Source of the DNA: Sedimentisphaerales bacterium
GTDB lineage: Bacteria > Planctomycetota > Phycisphaerae > Sedimentisphaerales > SM23-30
DNA: 64,000 nt
NCBI GenBank assembly: GCA_963663805.2
Contig: CAXXMR010000013.1
Location: 352,001-416,000 of the forward strand
Direction of reading: 5' to 3'
Shown: piece after piece, positions 9,923-19,659 of the stretch
How the letters are laid out: the number at the start of each line of letters is the position of its first letter
Position numbering within the stretch: the first letter of the stretch is position 1
Made by a program: the position numbers and the translations under genes
Notes under the pieces: generated by a model
Seen by the model: only the letters and a program-made list of their open reading frames with translations
Database searches by the model: none
What the model was told of the DNA's origin: nothing

Positions 9923-10143
9923 CTCGTGTCGTTTGGGTCCGTATTTTTTGTCTGCTTTGCTGATCGTTTTATGGGTGGGTGTGTCCAACCCCGCGAATGA
10001 ATCGCGGGTCTAACTGTTAACGGTTGGAGTTTTGGTTTGGGGTTGAGGTTGGGATGTTCAACGGGGCGGTGGGGCGTTAGCGGTTTTTTCTTCATGACCG
10101 CTCCCGGAGAATGGCTGCTCTGACGGGAGATTTACGGCAAAGT

Positions 10144-10374
10144 AAATTTGCAGTTGTCAGATACAATTTTGCATTTGGGGGATGCAATTTTACATCCGTC
10201 ATATACAAATTTACCTACGCTGATTGCAAATTTGCATCCGTTGCATACAATTTTACACTCGGCAAATACAAATTTACATACGCCGATTGCAAACTTACAT
10301 CCGTCGTATACAATTTTACATATGGCAAATGCAATTTTACATATGACAGATGTAAATTTACATGCGACGCATGT
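10144..10374. repeat. Tandem array of 11 x 21-bp units with a palindromic core
   Basis: Unit consensus AAWTTTRCA-N9-TRY with exact 21-bp spacing. Junctions form a TRYAAWTTTRCA near-palindrome. Confidence 0.92.
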
Positions 10375-10588
10375 AAAAATGATTCAGAGCGATTCCGACT
10401 TGCTTTAGCTTGATGTAAGTGTCTGATAAAGCGTGGATTAGAGATTTGGGGCTGATCGAACTGGTTTTGTGATGCTCCCGGCGGGATAATTACCGGACTG
10501 TTGGCTTCGGGGTAGTTCCGGGTTTGGCGGGCCCGATATTCGGTCGTGGGCTTGCCGGATAAAGGGGCAGGGCTGTCGGTTCCGGGCT

Positions 10589-10936
10589 GTGATATGGGGG
10601 GGAATGTTATCGTACCGGCCGCGGGATTTTGCTAATGCAGCTATTTTTTTATCCGGCGGCACCATAACAGGTTTTCTTTCAACATATGCGGATAGTGCCA
10701 TTTATCTTGACGGCAGCGGGTTCGAAGTTGGCGGTCAGGTACTTAGCGTTGGCGATAATCTCAGGACTTTGGGGCTTACTTCCGGTACGATTACCGGCAC
10801 TCTGGCTGATAGTAGTGCTTTGGATGTGGGTTTCAGTATATCTGATACGAGCAATATCATAATCATTCCTGAACCGGTTAGTATGGCGCTGCTGTCGCTG
10901 GGTGGTTTAGTTTTGCGGCGGAGACGTCGGAACTGA
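10589..10936 (+). pseudogene. 5'-truncated PEP-CTERM sorting-domain protein
   Basis: Ends IIPEPVSMALLSLGGLVLRRRRRN. No signal peptide or convincing start. Confidence 0.7.
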
Positions 10937-10969
10937 ATATGTTTTCTACTGAGTAAGATGTCCTTTTTT

Positions 10970-12376
10970 CTATTCGAACCGCAATCTTACTTTGTCCATG
11001 ACGGCTTTTGCGCTTGTGCCAGGGGTTTGCCCGGTTTTAAATTCGAACTTGAAACCGTAGCCCATCGGCAGGGTTTTTAGATCTAGAGCGGCAGGAGTTT
11101 TTTCTATTACTCTCACGAATCCGGGTTTTTGTTTATAGGTTTCCCGGACTTCCTGCCAGTTGGTCCAATGGTCGATTGTGCCGTCGCCGCTGGTATCGAC
11201 GCCCAGCCTTGCCTTGACGCCGTTTACCCAGGGGCCCGGACTGACGAAATCGGTATCGCCGCTCTGCTGGATAAGATAAAACTGTCCCTCGGCAAAACCC
11301 ACCGTGGGATCGGGATGTCCCTGGCCCAACTCTCCGCACCAGTGAAATTCCTCGTTCAGGCTCCGGCTGGTCCAGCGGCCGATACGAATCTCATCATGGG
11401 CGGGATGGAAATCGCCAAACAGATAATATTGTGAACCAACCTTGATCGCTGTCCAGTCGCCGTGAGCGTTCTGTTCCGGTTCGTGAATTTCATAAGTCAT
11501 TTTGACTGGATTGAAGGGGTGGTCAAAGGTGGCAAAACGGCCTGTGGGTGAAGTGCGGTCATCGACTGCCGGGGCGAGAATCTGGAAATCATGGATACCG
11601 TCCGGGCTTACTGCATGGCCCCCGACCGGAGCGTCCCAGGAATGTTTTTTGGCGTTCATATAACTCCAGTTCTCATAGATCAGGTGGAAACTGCCGTCAT
11701 CATCACGCAGAATGGCGCAATCGGAGCCATGGGAAGGGTCGGCAAAGACCATGCCCAGATCGTCCCCCATCCTGCCGTCGGTCAGATCCCGGTCCAGGAT
11801 CAGATGCGGGTCTTCGTCATTGGGGTAATCATAGTAAATATAAAAAGTTCCATCCACATACTCGGCGGTCGTAACCCATCGGCTTCGATGATCGGAGACC
11901 GGGCCATAGTGCCGCCACGTCTTCATGTCGCTGCTGTGCCAGGCATGATAGCCGGGCACGCTTTTTCCGCCATTGCTATTTTCTTTTTTGGTGCAGCGGG
12001 CCAGGAACCAGTAATCATTATTTCCGATGGGGATAAACACCGGGGCGTCGGCGGTATGTTTGGGCCCGACATTGGGAACTTCCCGCCAATTATCCCAGGT
12101 GGGGGATTGCTCGAAAACTATCGAAGCTGCCTTACGCTTTTTTTTATAGCTTGTGGTAATACTTACGAATCGTGAAGTGCTTTGGATGGGCCTGGCCTGG
12201 CCGTCACGGATTTCGAGGTTCTCGGCAGAATCCCGGGCGGCAATCCAGGATTCCTGACTGTCAATGAGCCAGAGATCAGGATCATGCTTCTCAGCATGTC
12301 TGTCGGCTTGACATCCAGTTAATATCGTAAACAATCCAGCCAGTACCAGCGATCGAGACAAAAAACTGCTAATCAT
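10970..12376 (-). CDS. Lipoprotein, probable five-bladed beta-propeller glycoside hydrolase (GH43/GH32-like)
   Basis: Lipobox LTGC; DAPVF, W.S.DMKTW, SDCAI..DDDG.FHLIYE, HPDP. Confidence 0.65.
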   Translation of the reverse strand: MISSFLSRSLVLAGLFTILTGCQADRHAEKHDPDLWLIDSQESWIAARDSAENLEIRDGQARPIQSTSRFVSITTSYKKKRKAASIVFEQSPTWDNWREVPNVGPKHTADAPVFIPIGNNDYWFLARCTKKENSNGGKSVPGYHAWHSSDMKTWRHYGPVSDHRSRWVTTAEYVDGTFYIYYDYPNDEDPHLILDRDLTDGRMGDDLGMVFADPSHGSDCAILRDDDGSFHLIYENWSYMNAKKHSWDAPVGGHAVSPDGIHDFQILAPAVDDRTSPTGRFATFDHPFNPVKMTYEIHEPEQNAHGDWTAIKVGSQYYLFGDFHPAHDEIRIGRWTSRSLNEEFHWCGELGQGHPDPTVGFAEGQFYLIQQSGDTDFVSPGPWVNGVKARLGVDTSGDGTIDHWTNWQEVRETYKQKPGFVRVIEKTPAALDLKTLPMGYGFKFEFKTGQTPGTSAKAVMDKVRLRFE

Positions 12377-12377
12377 C

Positions 12378-12884
12378 CTACTGTTCTTTGTTGTTATAAA
12401 AATCTTCAAAAGGATCACCTATACCTGAAATATTGCGTACTTCCTGAATTAGTTTTGAGTTTGCGGTAAGTTTGTGATTGCCGTCGTTCCAGCTATTGGG
12501 GTAAATAGTAGTATGGTCTCCACCCCATAGGATCAATGTTTCGAGAAGATGTTGATTATCATCATACAAATGAATGTCGGTCCAGTCGCTTGTGGTAGCT
12601 ATTCCCGGGATTTTCTTTAATTTGTATTTTTGCTTTTCAATAATGCTTTTGATACGCATTATTAAGGATTTGTCAGTGATGGTGATTGTGGCTGGACTTG
12701 ACGGGCCATGAGGATTACTGATTTCTAGTTTTGCGCAATTGTCAAAATGCGAAAGAGTTTTCTGCCAATCAGATAATAACTCGGAGCGGTTATTTTTTTC
12801 GGCCAAAAAAGGAACGAAAAAGCATAGCGATAAAGAGGCAACAGTTAATAAAATACGATTTGCTTTGGTCATCCTAGATCTCAA
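12378..12884 (-). CDS. Hypothetical AT-rich protein with N-terminal TM/signal segment
   Basis: 168-aa ORF overlapping the HAD stop and abutting the next gene. Confidence 0.55.
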   Translation of the reverse strand: MRSRMTKANRILLTVASLSLCFFVPFLAEKNNRSELLSDWQKTLSHFDNCAKLEISNPHGPSSPATITITDKSLIMRIKSIIEKQKYKLKKIPGIATTSDWTDIHLYDDNQHLLETLILWGGDHTTIYPNSWNDGNHKLTANSKLIQEVRNISGIGDPFEDFYNNKEQ

Positions 12885-13485
12885 TTATGCCGTATTTTTC
12901 TTTGAGGGTTTGGCGGAGTTTTTTGGCGTCTTTGAATTGTATTGCCTGCAGGCCGGCGGATTGGGCTCCTTCGATGTTTTTTTGCAGGTCGTCGATGAAG
13001 AGGCAGTTTTCGGGCGGGGTGTTATTCATTTTTGCGGCGGTGAGGAAGGCCTGGCGGTCGGGTTTGGTGACGTGGATTTCGAAGCTCAGGGCTGGTTTTT
13101 TGAAATGGAGGAGGATGGGGTAGTTTTCTTTTACGAAATTCCAGTGGAGCGGGTCGGTATCGGAGAGCAGGCCGAGTGGGTATTTCTCGGCGAGTTCGGC
13201 GACGAGCTGTTCCATGCCGGGCATTTCGCGGAAGATGTCGCACCAGTTTTGGCGGAATTCCTCGAAAGCTAGTTTCAGGTCGAACCTTTGGCAAAGATGC
13301 TGATGAAATTCCGAAGGGTTAATTTCGCCCCGGCCCCACTGACGCATCAACTCATGGGACATTATCTTTTGCAATTTATCATCGGAGTTATTGCTGTTCA
13401 GGTTGGCGAAAAAATTATTGAAGCTGGTCATGTCGATGTCCACCAGGACACGGCCCAGGTCGAAAATTATGGTTTTGATAGTCAT
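12874..13485 (-). CDS. HAD-superfamily phosphatase (YihX-like)
   Basis: IIFDLGRVL, LLSDT, KPD, FIDD...NIEGA. Confidence 0.9.
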   Translation of the reverse strand: MTIKTIIFDLGRVLVDIDMTSFNNFFANLNSNNSDDKLQKIMSHELMRQWGRGEINPSEFHQHLCQRFDLKLAFEEFRQNWCDIFREMPGMEQLVAELAEKYPLGLLSDTDPLHWNFVKENYPILLHFKKPALSFEIHVTKPDRQAFLTAAKMNNTPPENCLFIDDLQKNIEGAQSAGLQAIQFKDAKKLRQTLKEKYGIIEI

Positions 13486-13509
13486 GCGGTCTTTTCTAAA
13501 TTCAGGTTG

Positions 13510-15675
13510 TTAGTTCAGTGTTAGCCAGTCGCTTGAGAAGAAGGGTAAGTCGTCGGCATTTACCTGCTCGTCGAGGTTGAGGTCCGCTCCCTGGCAGGCG
13601 TAACAGCTGCTTTCGAGCCAATGGTCAGCAAACATGGCAAAGTCTTTGAGGTTCACGATGCCATCATCATTCAAGTCCGGGATTCGGTCTACCGCATAAT
13701 TATAAACGCGTACATCGCTAATCAGGCCTTCATAGTCAAACAAGTCCCTTCGGGCGCGGCCAATCATCCAGACGGTATCCTGGTCAAACGTGGCGGGGCT
13801 CATGTCCGATTGCACCGGATAATCATCCAGGTACAGATTCCAGGAATCATTATAGCGGGTAATAATAAGTCTGTGCCATTGATTGTCATCTATGGCAGTC
13901 GGCCCCGTAATACTCGGTCCGTCTTTGACCCACCAGACGACCTGACCGTTTTCTACGTATACATTGGCGCGGCCGGTTTGAGAGTTGTTGTTGGAAAACA
14001 GGTGTCCCTGGGCAGTGTGATGGTTGTCCGTCTTGAACCAGAGGAGCAGGCTAAAATCGTCTGTCTCTGGAATAACATTGCTGGTATTTGTTTCGACACC
14101 ACCAAGGCTCGAATCCGCGGCGAAATCGTACGCCCGGTCGGTACCTCCGGCGGGGCCGGGTTGATTGACCATGCCCGATGCGTAATTCCAGATGTTTCCG
14201 TCGGGAAGGCTGCCTGTATCTTCAAGTACCGGGCCATAGTAATCACCCTGGTTGAAAACCACGGTTTCATCCAGTTTCCAATGCGCGAGCATTTTGCGTG
14301 AGTACTCGCTCAGGGTTACCGTGTCAGAAGCAGTACTCCCGGCGGTGTTGGTTGCTACACAATAGTAATTTCCCAAATCCGCAGTATCTACATTTTTAAT
14401 TGTCAGCGACGTATGGTTTGCACTGGAAACGATGGAGATGTCACCATTATCATCCCCATCGTGCAATTCAATATCTCCGCCGGTGTTTTCTTTGAACCAC
14501 TGATAACTTATGATGTCCGAATACTCCGTGGCGGTGAAAACCGCCGTTTGGCCGAGGACAACCTTTTGGTCTGTGGGCTGAAGGTCAAAAATAGAGTCGT
14601 CGTAGTTTTCTGTGATAACGTTATCAATATCGTGGTCCCAGATGGCTTGGTCCTGACTGCGTCCGGTGGTGTTGTTGCGGATTATACTGTTTTGCCGAGC
14701 AAAATCATGGTCGTCCAGCCCTGAGCCGAATGGGTATGCGGAGTCGAGGTCGCAATAGCTGCTGGGAAAGTAGTTGCGTGAGCCCAGCCAGATAGCGGGT
14801 TTGTAGCCGGTGTAATTGGAGTAAGTAAACTCATTTTCGATAATTTCGTTAAAACGTGGTTCCTGGTGTCGCACGGCACCGCCTTCGCCGCAGTTGCGGT
14901 ATATAAATATTCCCCCGTTAGGCGTAGAAGGGAAAAAGTTATTTTTGATAAGATTATGGGCTGAGCCATCTATGGCGAATACCTCGCGTGTCCCTGTGGG
15001 GGTGGTGTCGAATACATTGTTAAGGAAGGTGTTGTGGGCGCTCTCGGCATCCAGGTAAATGGTGGTGGAGCTGCGGGTTCCCGTAAAGTGGCAGTTGGTC
15101 ACGGTTACGTAAGTTGTTCCGGGGCTGATGTATAGAGGGATTCTGCCGTGACCGATAATGGTCAGGTTATCCAAGGTAATATTTGTAGGTGCATAGGCCT
15201 GGGCCCTTTCGGTATGGCCCAGCGTATGGGAGGATTCCGGTACGTCGCCGCTTTGGCCGTTGAGGCCTAGTCCCCATATTCGCACGGCGCCGTCAATGGT
15301 GCCGTTTTTTAGCGTGACATCCGAGAGCTGGCACCAGGAGCCATCGGCGTTTTTCAGGGAGTGTATTTTAACAATATCCCCACTGCTGCTTGAGGGGTCG
15401 ATACTGCCGCCGTTTAGATTGATGACGACCGGACTGTAAACCGGGGAGATGATTTCCACAGGTCTTCTCAAAATCGCCCCTGCGGGTAAAGTAAAACCCC
15501 GATTTACGACTAACAGGATGTCGTTGTTGCTGGAATCTAAAAACTCGGCAACCTGCCCGCTGGTATAGTCGCCCGGCGAACCCGTAAGTTCTGGACAATC
15601 CGCCCGGAGCTGGGTCATAGAGAAGAAACTGGAAAACGCTACAAACAACAATGGAAAACGATATTTGGTATACAT
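13510..15675 (-). CDS. Secreted protein: right-handed beta-helix, Ig domain, LamG and dockerin-like tail
   Basis: Signal peptide; parallel beta-helix repeats; YQWFK..DLGNYYCVATN; HWKLDE..WHRL..GLISDVRVYN; DLNDDGIVNLKDFAMFADHWL. Confidence 0.85.
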   Translation of the reverse strand: MYTKYRFPLLFVAFSSFFSMTQLRADCPELTGSPGDYTSGQVAEFLDSSNNDILLVVNRGFTLPAGAILRRPVEIISPVYSPVVINLNGGSIDPSSSSGDIVKIHSLKNADGSWCQLSDVTLKNGTIDGAVRIWGLGLNGQSGDVPESSHTLGHTERAQAYAPTNITLDNLTIIGHGRIPLYISPGTTYVTVTNCHFTGTRSSTTIYLDAESAHNTFLNNVFDTTPTGTREVFAIDGSAHNLIKNNFFPSTPNGGIFIYRNCGEGGAVRHQEPRFNEIIENEFTYSNYTGYKPAIWLGSRNYFPSSYCDLDSAYPFGSGLDDHDFARQNSIIRNNTTGRSQDQAIWDHDIDNVITENYDDSIFDLQPTDQKVVLGQTAVFTATEYSDIISYQWFKENTGGDIELHDGDDNGDISIVSSANHTSLTIKNVDTADLGNYYCVATNTAGSTASDTVTLSEYSRKMLAHWKLDETVVFNQGDYYGPVLEDTGSLPDGNIWNYASGMVNQPGPAGGTDRAYDFAADSSLGGVETNTSNVIPETDDFSLLLWFKTDNHHTAQGHLFSNNNSQTGRANVYVENGQVVWWVKDGPSITGPTAIDDNQWHRLIITRYNDSWNLYLDDYPVQSDMSPATFDQDTVWMIGRARRDLFDYEGLISDVRVYNYAVDRIPDLNDDGIVNLKDFAMFADHWLESSCYACQGADLNLDEQVNADDLPFFSSDWLTLN

Positions 15676-15793
15676 TTCTACTCCTATTACGGACATTTCC
15701 CGTTCAACAGTTTACCAGAACCTGTTCCAAAACTCACACTGACAACATTGTACTAAGATTTCCCCTTCCAAAACATCCTTTTTTCAGAATTGC

Positions 15794-15806
15794 TTAAACG
15801 ATTGCA
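15794..15806. promoter_or_regulatory. Putative LacI-family operator
   Basis: TTAAACGATTGCA shares AAACGATTGC with 41670-41679. Confidence 0.45.
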
Positions 15807-15879
15807 AAACTAATTCCTTCGCCCCTCCAGGTCAGGGATAAAAGCTGGTCATGTGGTTTGGGTTTGCTATAATTCTTCG

Positions 15880-16806
15880 ATGAGTAAAAGTAAGCGTAAG
15901 AAATGGTATGATAATGGGTTGGCTTTTGAGTGTACGGGGTGTGGAAACTGCTGTTCGGGGCCTGAAGAGGGGTATGTCTGGGTTACGAAAGAGGAAATTG
16001 GTGGTTTAGCGAAGGTTTTGGGTGTTGCCGAGGCTGATTTTCGCAGGCAGTTTGTACGGCGGGTGGGGATTAAATATAGTCTTATCGAGGATCCGCTGAG
16101 CAAGGATTGTGTTTTCCTGGAGCGTGACGGGCAGGGGGGAAAGAAATGTCTGGTTTACGAGGCCCGGCCTATGCAGTGCCGGACTTGGCCTTTCTGGAAG
16201 AGTAATGTTTCGACGGTGCGGGCGTGGGAGCGGGCGGCGGAGGTCTGTCCGGGGATGGATAAGGGGCGATGGTATGGCGGCGAGGATATTTGTGCGATTC
16301 TGGACGGGAAAAAGACGGCGGATGAGCCGGTAGAGGCTGATGGGGATGACGAACACCCGGCGTTGGTGTGGCTGAGGGCGAATCTGGATAATGGGCGGGC
16401 TTGTGAGGCTGTTCGGGAGGTTTATTACTATCTGGACCAGGTGGTCGCCGCGGCGGGGGCGGAATGTGATAATTGTGGAAAGTGTTGTGATTTCGATAGT
16501 TATGGCCATCGTTTGTATGTTACGACTTTGGAAATGCTGAATTTTTTCCGGGGGGTTAAGGGTCAGAAAGTTAAGCCGGTTCAGGGGCGGTGCTGGTATC
16601 AGAATGAGGATGGGTGTGGGGCCCGTGAGTTTCGACCTTCGGGATGCCGGATATTCTTTTGTAAGGGACTGGACGAGGCGTTTCAGCAGGATTTGACCGA
16701 ACGGGCCTTAAAACAACTGCGGGATTTGCATACGGAGTTTGGGTCACCTTATTTGTATATGGATTTAAGGCAGTGGTGTGAGAGATATTTTTCGTCGTTG
16801 ACATAG
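15880..16806 (+). CDS. Protein with two YkgJ-type cysteine-cluster domains
   Basis: Domain 1: FECTGCGNCC..CVFL..CLVYEARPMQCRTWPFW..CPG. Domain 2: CDNCGKCC..C..C..RPSGCRIFFC. Confidence 0.85.
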   Translation: MSKSKRKKWYDNGLAFECTGCGNCCSGPEEGYVWVTKEEIGGLAKVLGVAEADFRRQFVRRVGIKYSLIEDPLSKDCVFLERDGQGGKKCLVYEARPMQCRTWPFWKSNVSTVRAWERAAEVCPGMDKGRWYGGEDICAILDGKKTADEPVEADGDDEHPALVWLRANLDNGRACEAVREVYYYLDQVVAAAGAECDNCGKCCDFDSYGHRLYVTTLEMLNFFRGVKGQKVKPVQGRCWYQNEDGCGAREFRPSGCRIFFCKGLDEAFQQDLTERALKQLRDLHTEFGSPYLYMDLRQWCERYFSSLT

Positions 16807-16923
16807 TAAATTAAGTAGATATAATCGCTTTTCTGGTAGCAGACAAAGGCCCGTACCGGGTATGACCCGGATTGATAACCAGGGGTTAAAAAGGGCACCC
16901 ACCCTAACCTGCAAAGAGGTTTT

Positions 16924-17136
16924 ATGATGCGTAAGTTGTTTATTGGTTTACTCTTAGCAAGTTTTCTGGCTATTTCGGCCGGTTGCGACAGTATGACCCG
17001 CGGCTCGGACCAGCAGATAACCAAGTATAGTCGGATTTCTGAGCTTAACCGTCGGATGCTGGCTGAGGATGTGGATTCTATTCTTCTGCTGGACCGGCAG
17101 AGCCATCTGACTCCCTGGTATGTGCCGGCCCGGTAA
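16924..17136 (+). CDS. Small lipoprotein
   Basis: Signal peptide with SAGC lipobox; GAGG RBS; stop overlaps the next start (TAATG). Confidence 0.75.
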   Translation: MMRKLFIGLLLASFLAISAGCDSMTRGSDQQITKYSRISELNRRMLAEDVDSILLLDRQSHLTPWYVPAR

Positions 17137-18494
17137 TGGCTGGTTGCGGGGCAGATGAATCTGGACAGGGGCAGGGGCTGGAGTTTCCTGTAATGTCTAT
17201 TCGGCGTCTGCCTCTGGAGTGGTTGGCCGGTCTGTCGCGGGGGACGCGGCTGACCATGAGGCGGGAGATGCTCGCTACCGTTCCCTGGGGGATCGTCGCG
17301 GCGACACTTAACCCCGGTATCTGCGCTTTGGTGGGGCGCAAGGCGCTGGGGATGGACGATGATGTTCTGGCGTTGCTGGCGGTTTGCAGTAGTACGGGGA
17401 TGCTTTGTGCGGGGTTTCTGGTTGGTTTTCTAAATCATATCGGTAAGATTCACGCTCTGAAATGGATTGTGGCGGGGGTGTCAGTTATTTTATTGAGTAT
17501 TGCTCTGACCGGGGGGCGGGGTTGGTCGGCACATTTATTTCTGGTGCAGGTTCTGCTTTGTCAGATTGGGGCGGGGCTGCTGGTTACTTTGCGGAGTTCC
17601 ATCTGGCGGCTGAATTATCCGGAGGTTCATCGTGGGAAAATCGTGGTGTTTTTCGGGCTGTGTCTGACGATTACCAATTCTCTTACGGTTTTTATTCTGA
17701 CCTCCGCGATGGATGTATTTAACCTGAGCTATCGGGGTGTTTTTCTTATCGCGGGGATTGTGGCGCTGGCAGGGGCGTATCTTTTCAGTAAGATTCGGGT
17801 ACGGCACGAGGCGGGGGTTCTCAAGAGGTTGCGGGAAGGGGTGGTTTTGCTGCCGCGTTTAAGGCTGCTGGCATCTCTGGAGGTATTGAAAACCGATAAG
17901 CGTTTTCGGAAATTCATGTCATGGCAGATGCTCAATGGTTTTGCGACATTGCTGGTCGAGACTTATCTGTTGATAATCATTCTCAACGATGAGTTTCATT
18001 GCGGCTGGCTGATGGGCGGTTCGGCGGTGGCGGCGGTTCCATTTTTTGTCGCGGGGGTATCGAGTTTGTTATTTGCCCGGCTTTTTGACCGTTATGATAT
18101 TTTTACGATGCGTGCCTTGGGGGCCTTAATCTGGTTTTTGAGCCGAGCGACTCTTTTTGTCGGGGTCTTGATGGGCAGTCTGGGGATGATTTTTTTCAGT
18201 CGGGTAATCGCGGGTATCGCCGGCGGCTGCGGGCGGCTGAATTGGGGACTGGGGCATATGGCTTTTGCCAAGCCGGAACAGGATACGCTTTATATGGGCG
18301 TACATGTGAGTTTGACGGGGCTGCGGGGGATATTGGGGCCCTTTGTGGGTTATATGCTTTATCAGTGGCACTGGTATACACTGCCGGGTTTTGGCAGTCA
18401 GGCGAGCTATATTATCTTTGTGACTGCTGTGGCTCAGTTGACCTGTGCGGTAGGGTTTTTGCATATGAAGGCTAAGTGCGTATCGCACTTATAG
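17136..18494 (+). CDS. MFS transporter
   Basis: About 12 TM segments in two halves; YMGVHVSLTGLRG..GP. Confidence 0.8.
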   Translation: MAGCGADESGQGQGLEFPVMSIRRLPLEWLAGLSRGTRLTMRREMLATVPWGIVAATLNPGICALVGRKALGMDDDVLALLAVCSSTGMLCAGFLVGFLNHIGKIHALKWIVAGVSVILLSIALTGGRGWSAHLFLVQVLLCQIGAGLLVTLRSSIWRLNYPEVHRGKIVVFFGLCLTITNSLTVFILTSAMDVFNLSYRGVFLIAGIVALAGAYLFSKIRVRHEAGVLKRLREGVVLLPRLRLLASLEVLKTDKRFRKFMSWQMLNGFATLLVETYLLIIILNDEFHCGWLMGGSAVAAVPFFVAGVSSLLFARLFDRYDIFTMRALGALIWFLSRATLFVGVLMGSLGMIFFSRVIAGIAGGCGRLNWGLGHMAFAKPEQDTLYMGVHVSLTGLRGILGPFVGYMLYQWHWYTLPGFGSQASYIIFVTAVAQLTCAVGFLHMKAKCVSHL

Positions 18495-18534
18495 ATCGCC
18501 GCGGTCGTTTGGTGTATTTGGCGTTATTGTCAGC

Positions 18535-19659
18535 TTATTTCTGTACTGCTTTTACCATTGCTTCGAGGTTTTCTCTGGGGGTGTGGCGAGGTACTACGCA
18601 GCCGGTGCCGAGAATGAAGTTGGTGCTGCCGCCTGCTCCTTGTATGCATTGTTGGGATTCGGCGAGTACTTGTTCGGGGGTGTTTCTCAGGACCGAGAGG
18701 GTATTAACTCCGCCCATGAGAGCGATGTCGGGGCCTACTTTTTCGCGGACCTGGGCGACGGTGAATCCGCCGAGCGGGTCAAGCGGGGCGATGCAGTTTA
18801 GGCCGGTCTCTACGAGCAAATCGACGATGGGCAGGACGTTGCCGCAAATATGACAATATATCAGGGCTTTGGGGTTGTAGCGGTGGAGTTCGTCGCAGAC
18901 GGTTTTGAAATAGGGGAAGACGAATTCTTTCCAGTGGGCGGGAGAAATAAGGGACATATTTCCGGTGGAATCGTTCAGACGCAGGACTTCGAGGCCCATG
19001 TCGAGCCAGAGTTTGCCGCGTTCAATGCAGCGGGCGGCGCCTTTTTCGAGTACAGCATGGACGAGTTGGGGTTCCATTACCAGGTCCATCATGGCATTGT
19101 TCATGCCGCGCAAGCCGACGTAGAAAGACATGGTGGGGGAATCAAGGTCGCCGATGAAGACCAGTTCTGGATATTTTGCCATTACCTTACGCTGATTTTC
19201 AGCCCAGCCGAGCTGTTCGAGCAGTTTTTTGTCGGGCAGGGCCATTCTGCGGGCATCGTCAATGTTTTTGATGGGCGGTTCGGGGCTATGTGCGTTATGC
19301 ACATAAGCGATGCGGACGGGGTCTTCGATGTTATAGTCAGCGGCATCAAAAAGCTGAGTTGCCAGTCCGCCCTGGATGTCGATGGTGCCGATTTTGCGGC
19401 CGTTTTTGACTTCGAAGAGTTTGTCTTCTTCTTCGACTATTTCAAGAGCGGGCATGGGAAACTGACGAACCGCGTCGAAGTTGAGATCCTGGCCCGTGCG
19501 GGCGATTACGTCTAAGGCGGTAATCGGGTCGCGTACAATGTCGGCAAGTGTTGTACCAGTATGGAGGGCGGAATAATCCAGCCATATCTTGGGTATAACG
19601 GGGATGCGGTCGACCGGCTTGCCGCGCAGGGCGGCGAGGACTCTTTCTTTTTTGTTCAT
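18535..19659 (-). CDS. Uroporphyrinogen decarboxylase-family (MtaA/CmuA-like) protein
   Basis: N-terminal ERV.AAL.G..VDRIP; HICG; LMGGVN; FILGTGC.VP..TP.ENL.AM. Confidence 0.88.
   Translation of the reverse strand: MNKKERVLAALRGKPVDRIPVIPKIWLDYSALHTGTTLADIVRDPITALDVIARTGQDLNFDAVRQFPMPALEIVEEEDKLFEVKNGRKIGTIDIQGGLATQLFDAADYNIEDPVRIAYVHNAHSPEPPIKNIDDARRMALPDKKLLEQLGWAENQRKVMAKYPELVFIGDLDSPTMSFYVGLRGMNNAMMDLVMEPQLVHAVLEKGAARCIERGKLWLDMGLEVLRLNDSTGNMSLISPAHWKEFVFPYFKTVCDELHRYNPKALIYCHICGNVLPIVDLLVETGLNCIAPLDPLGGFTVAQVREKVGPDIALMGGVNTLSVLRNTPEQVLAESQQCIQGAGGSTNFILGTGCVVPRHTPRENLEAMVKAVQK

Noticed and set aside
10144..10374. CRISPR array
   Set aside because: The period is 21 bp with 9-nt variable parts and degenerate repeats, far below CRISPR dimensions, and there are no cas genes.
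16890..16915. 6S RNA suggested by GGCACCCACC
   Set aside because: No complementary GGGAGCC arm or rod structure; it is the leader of the small lipoprotein.
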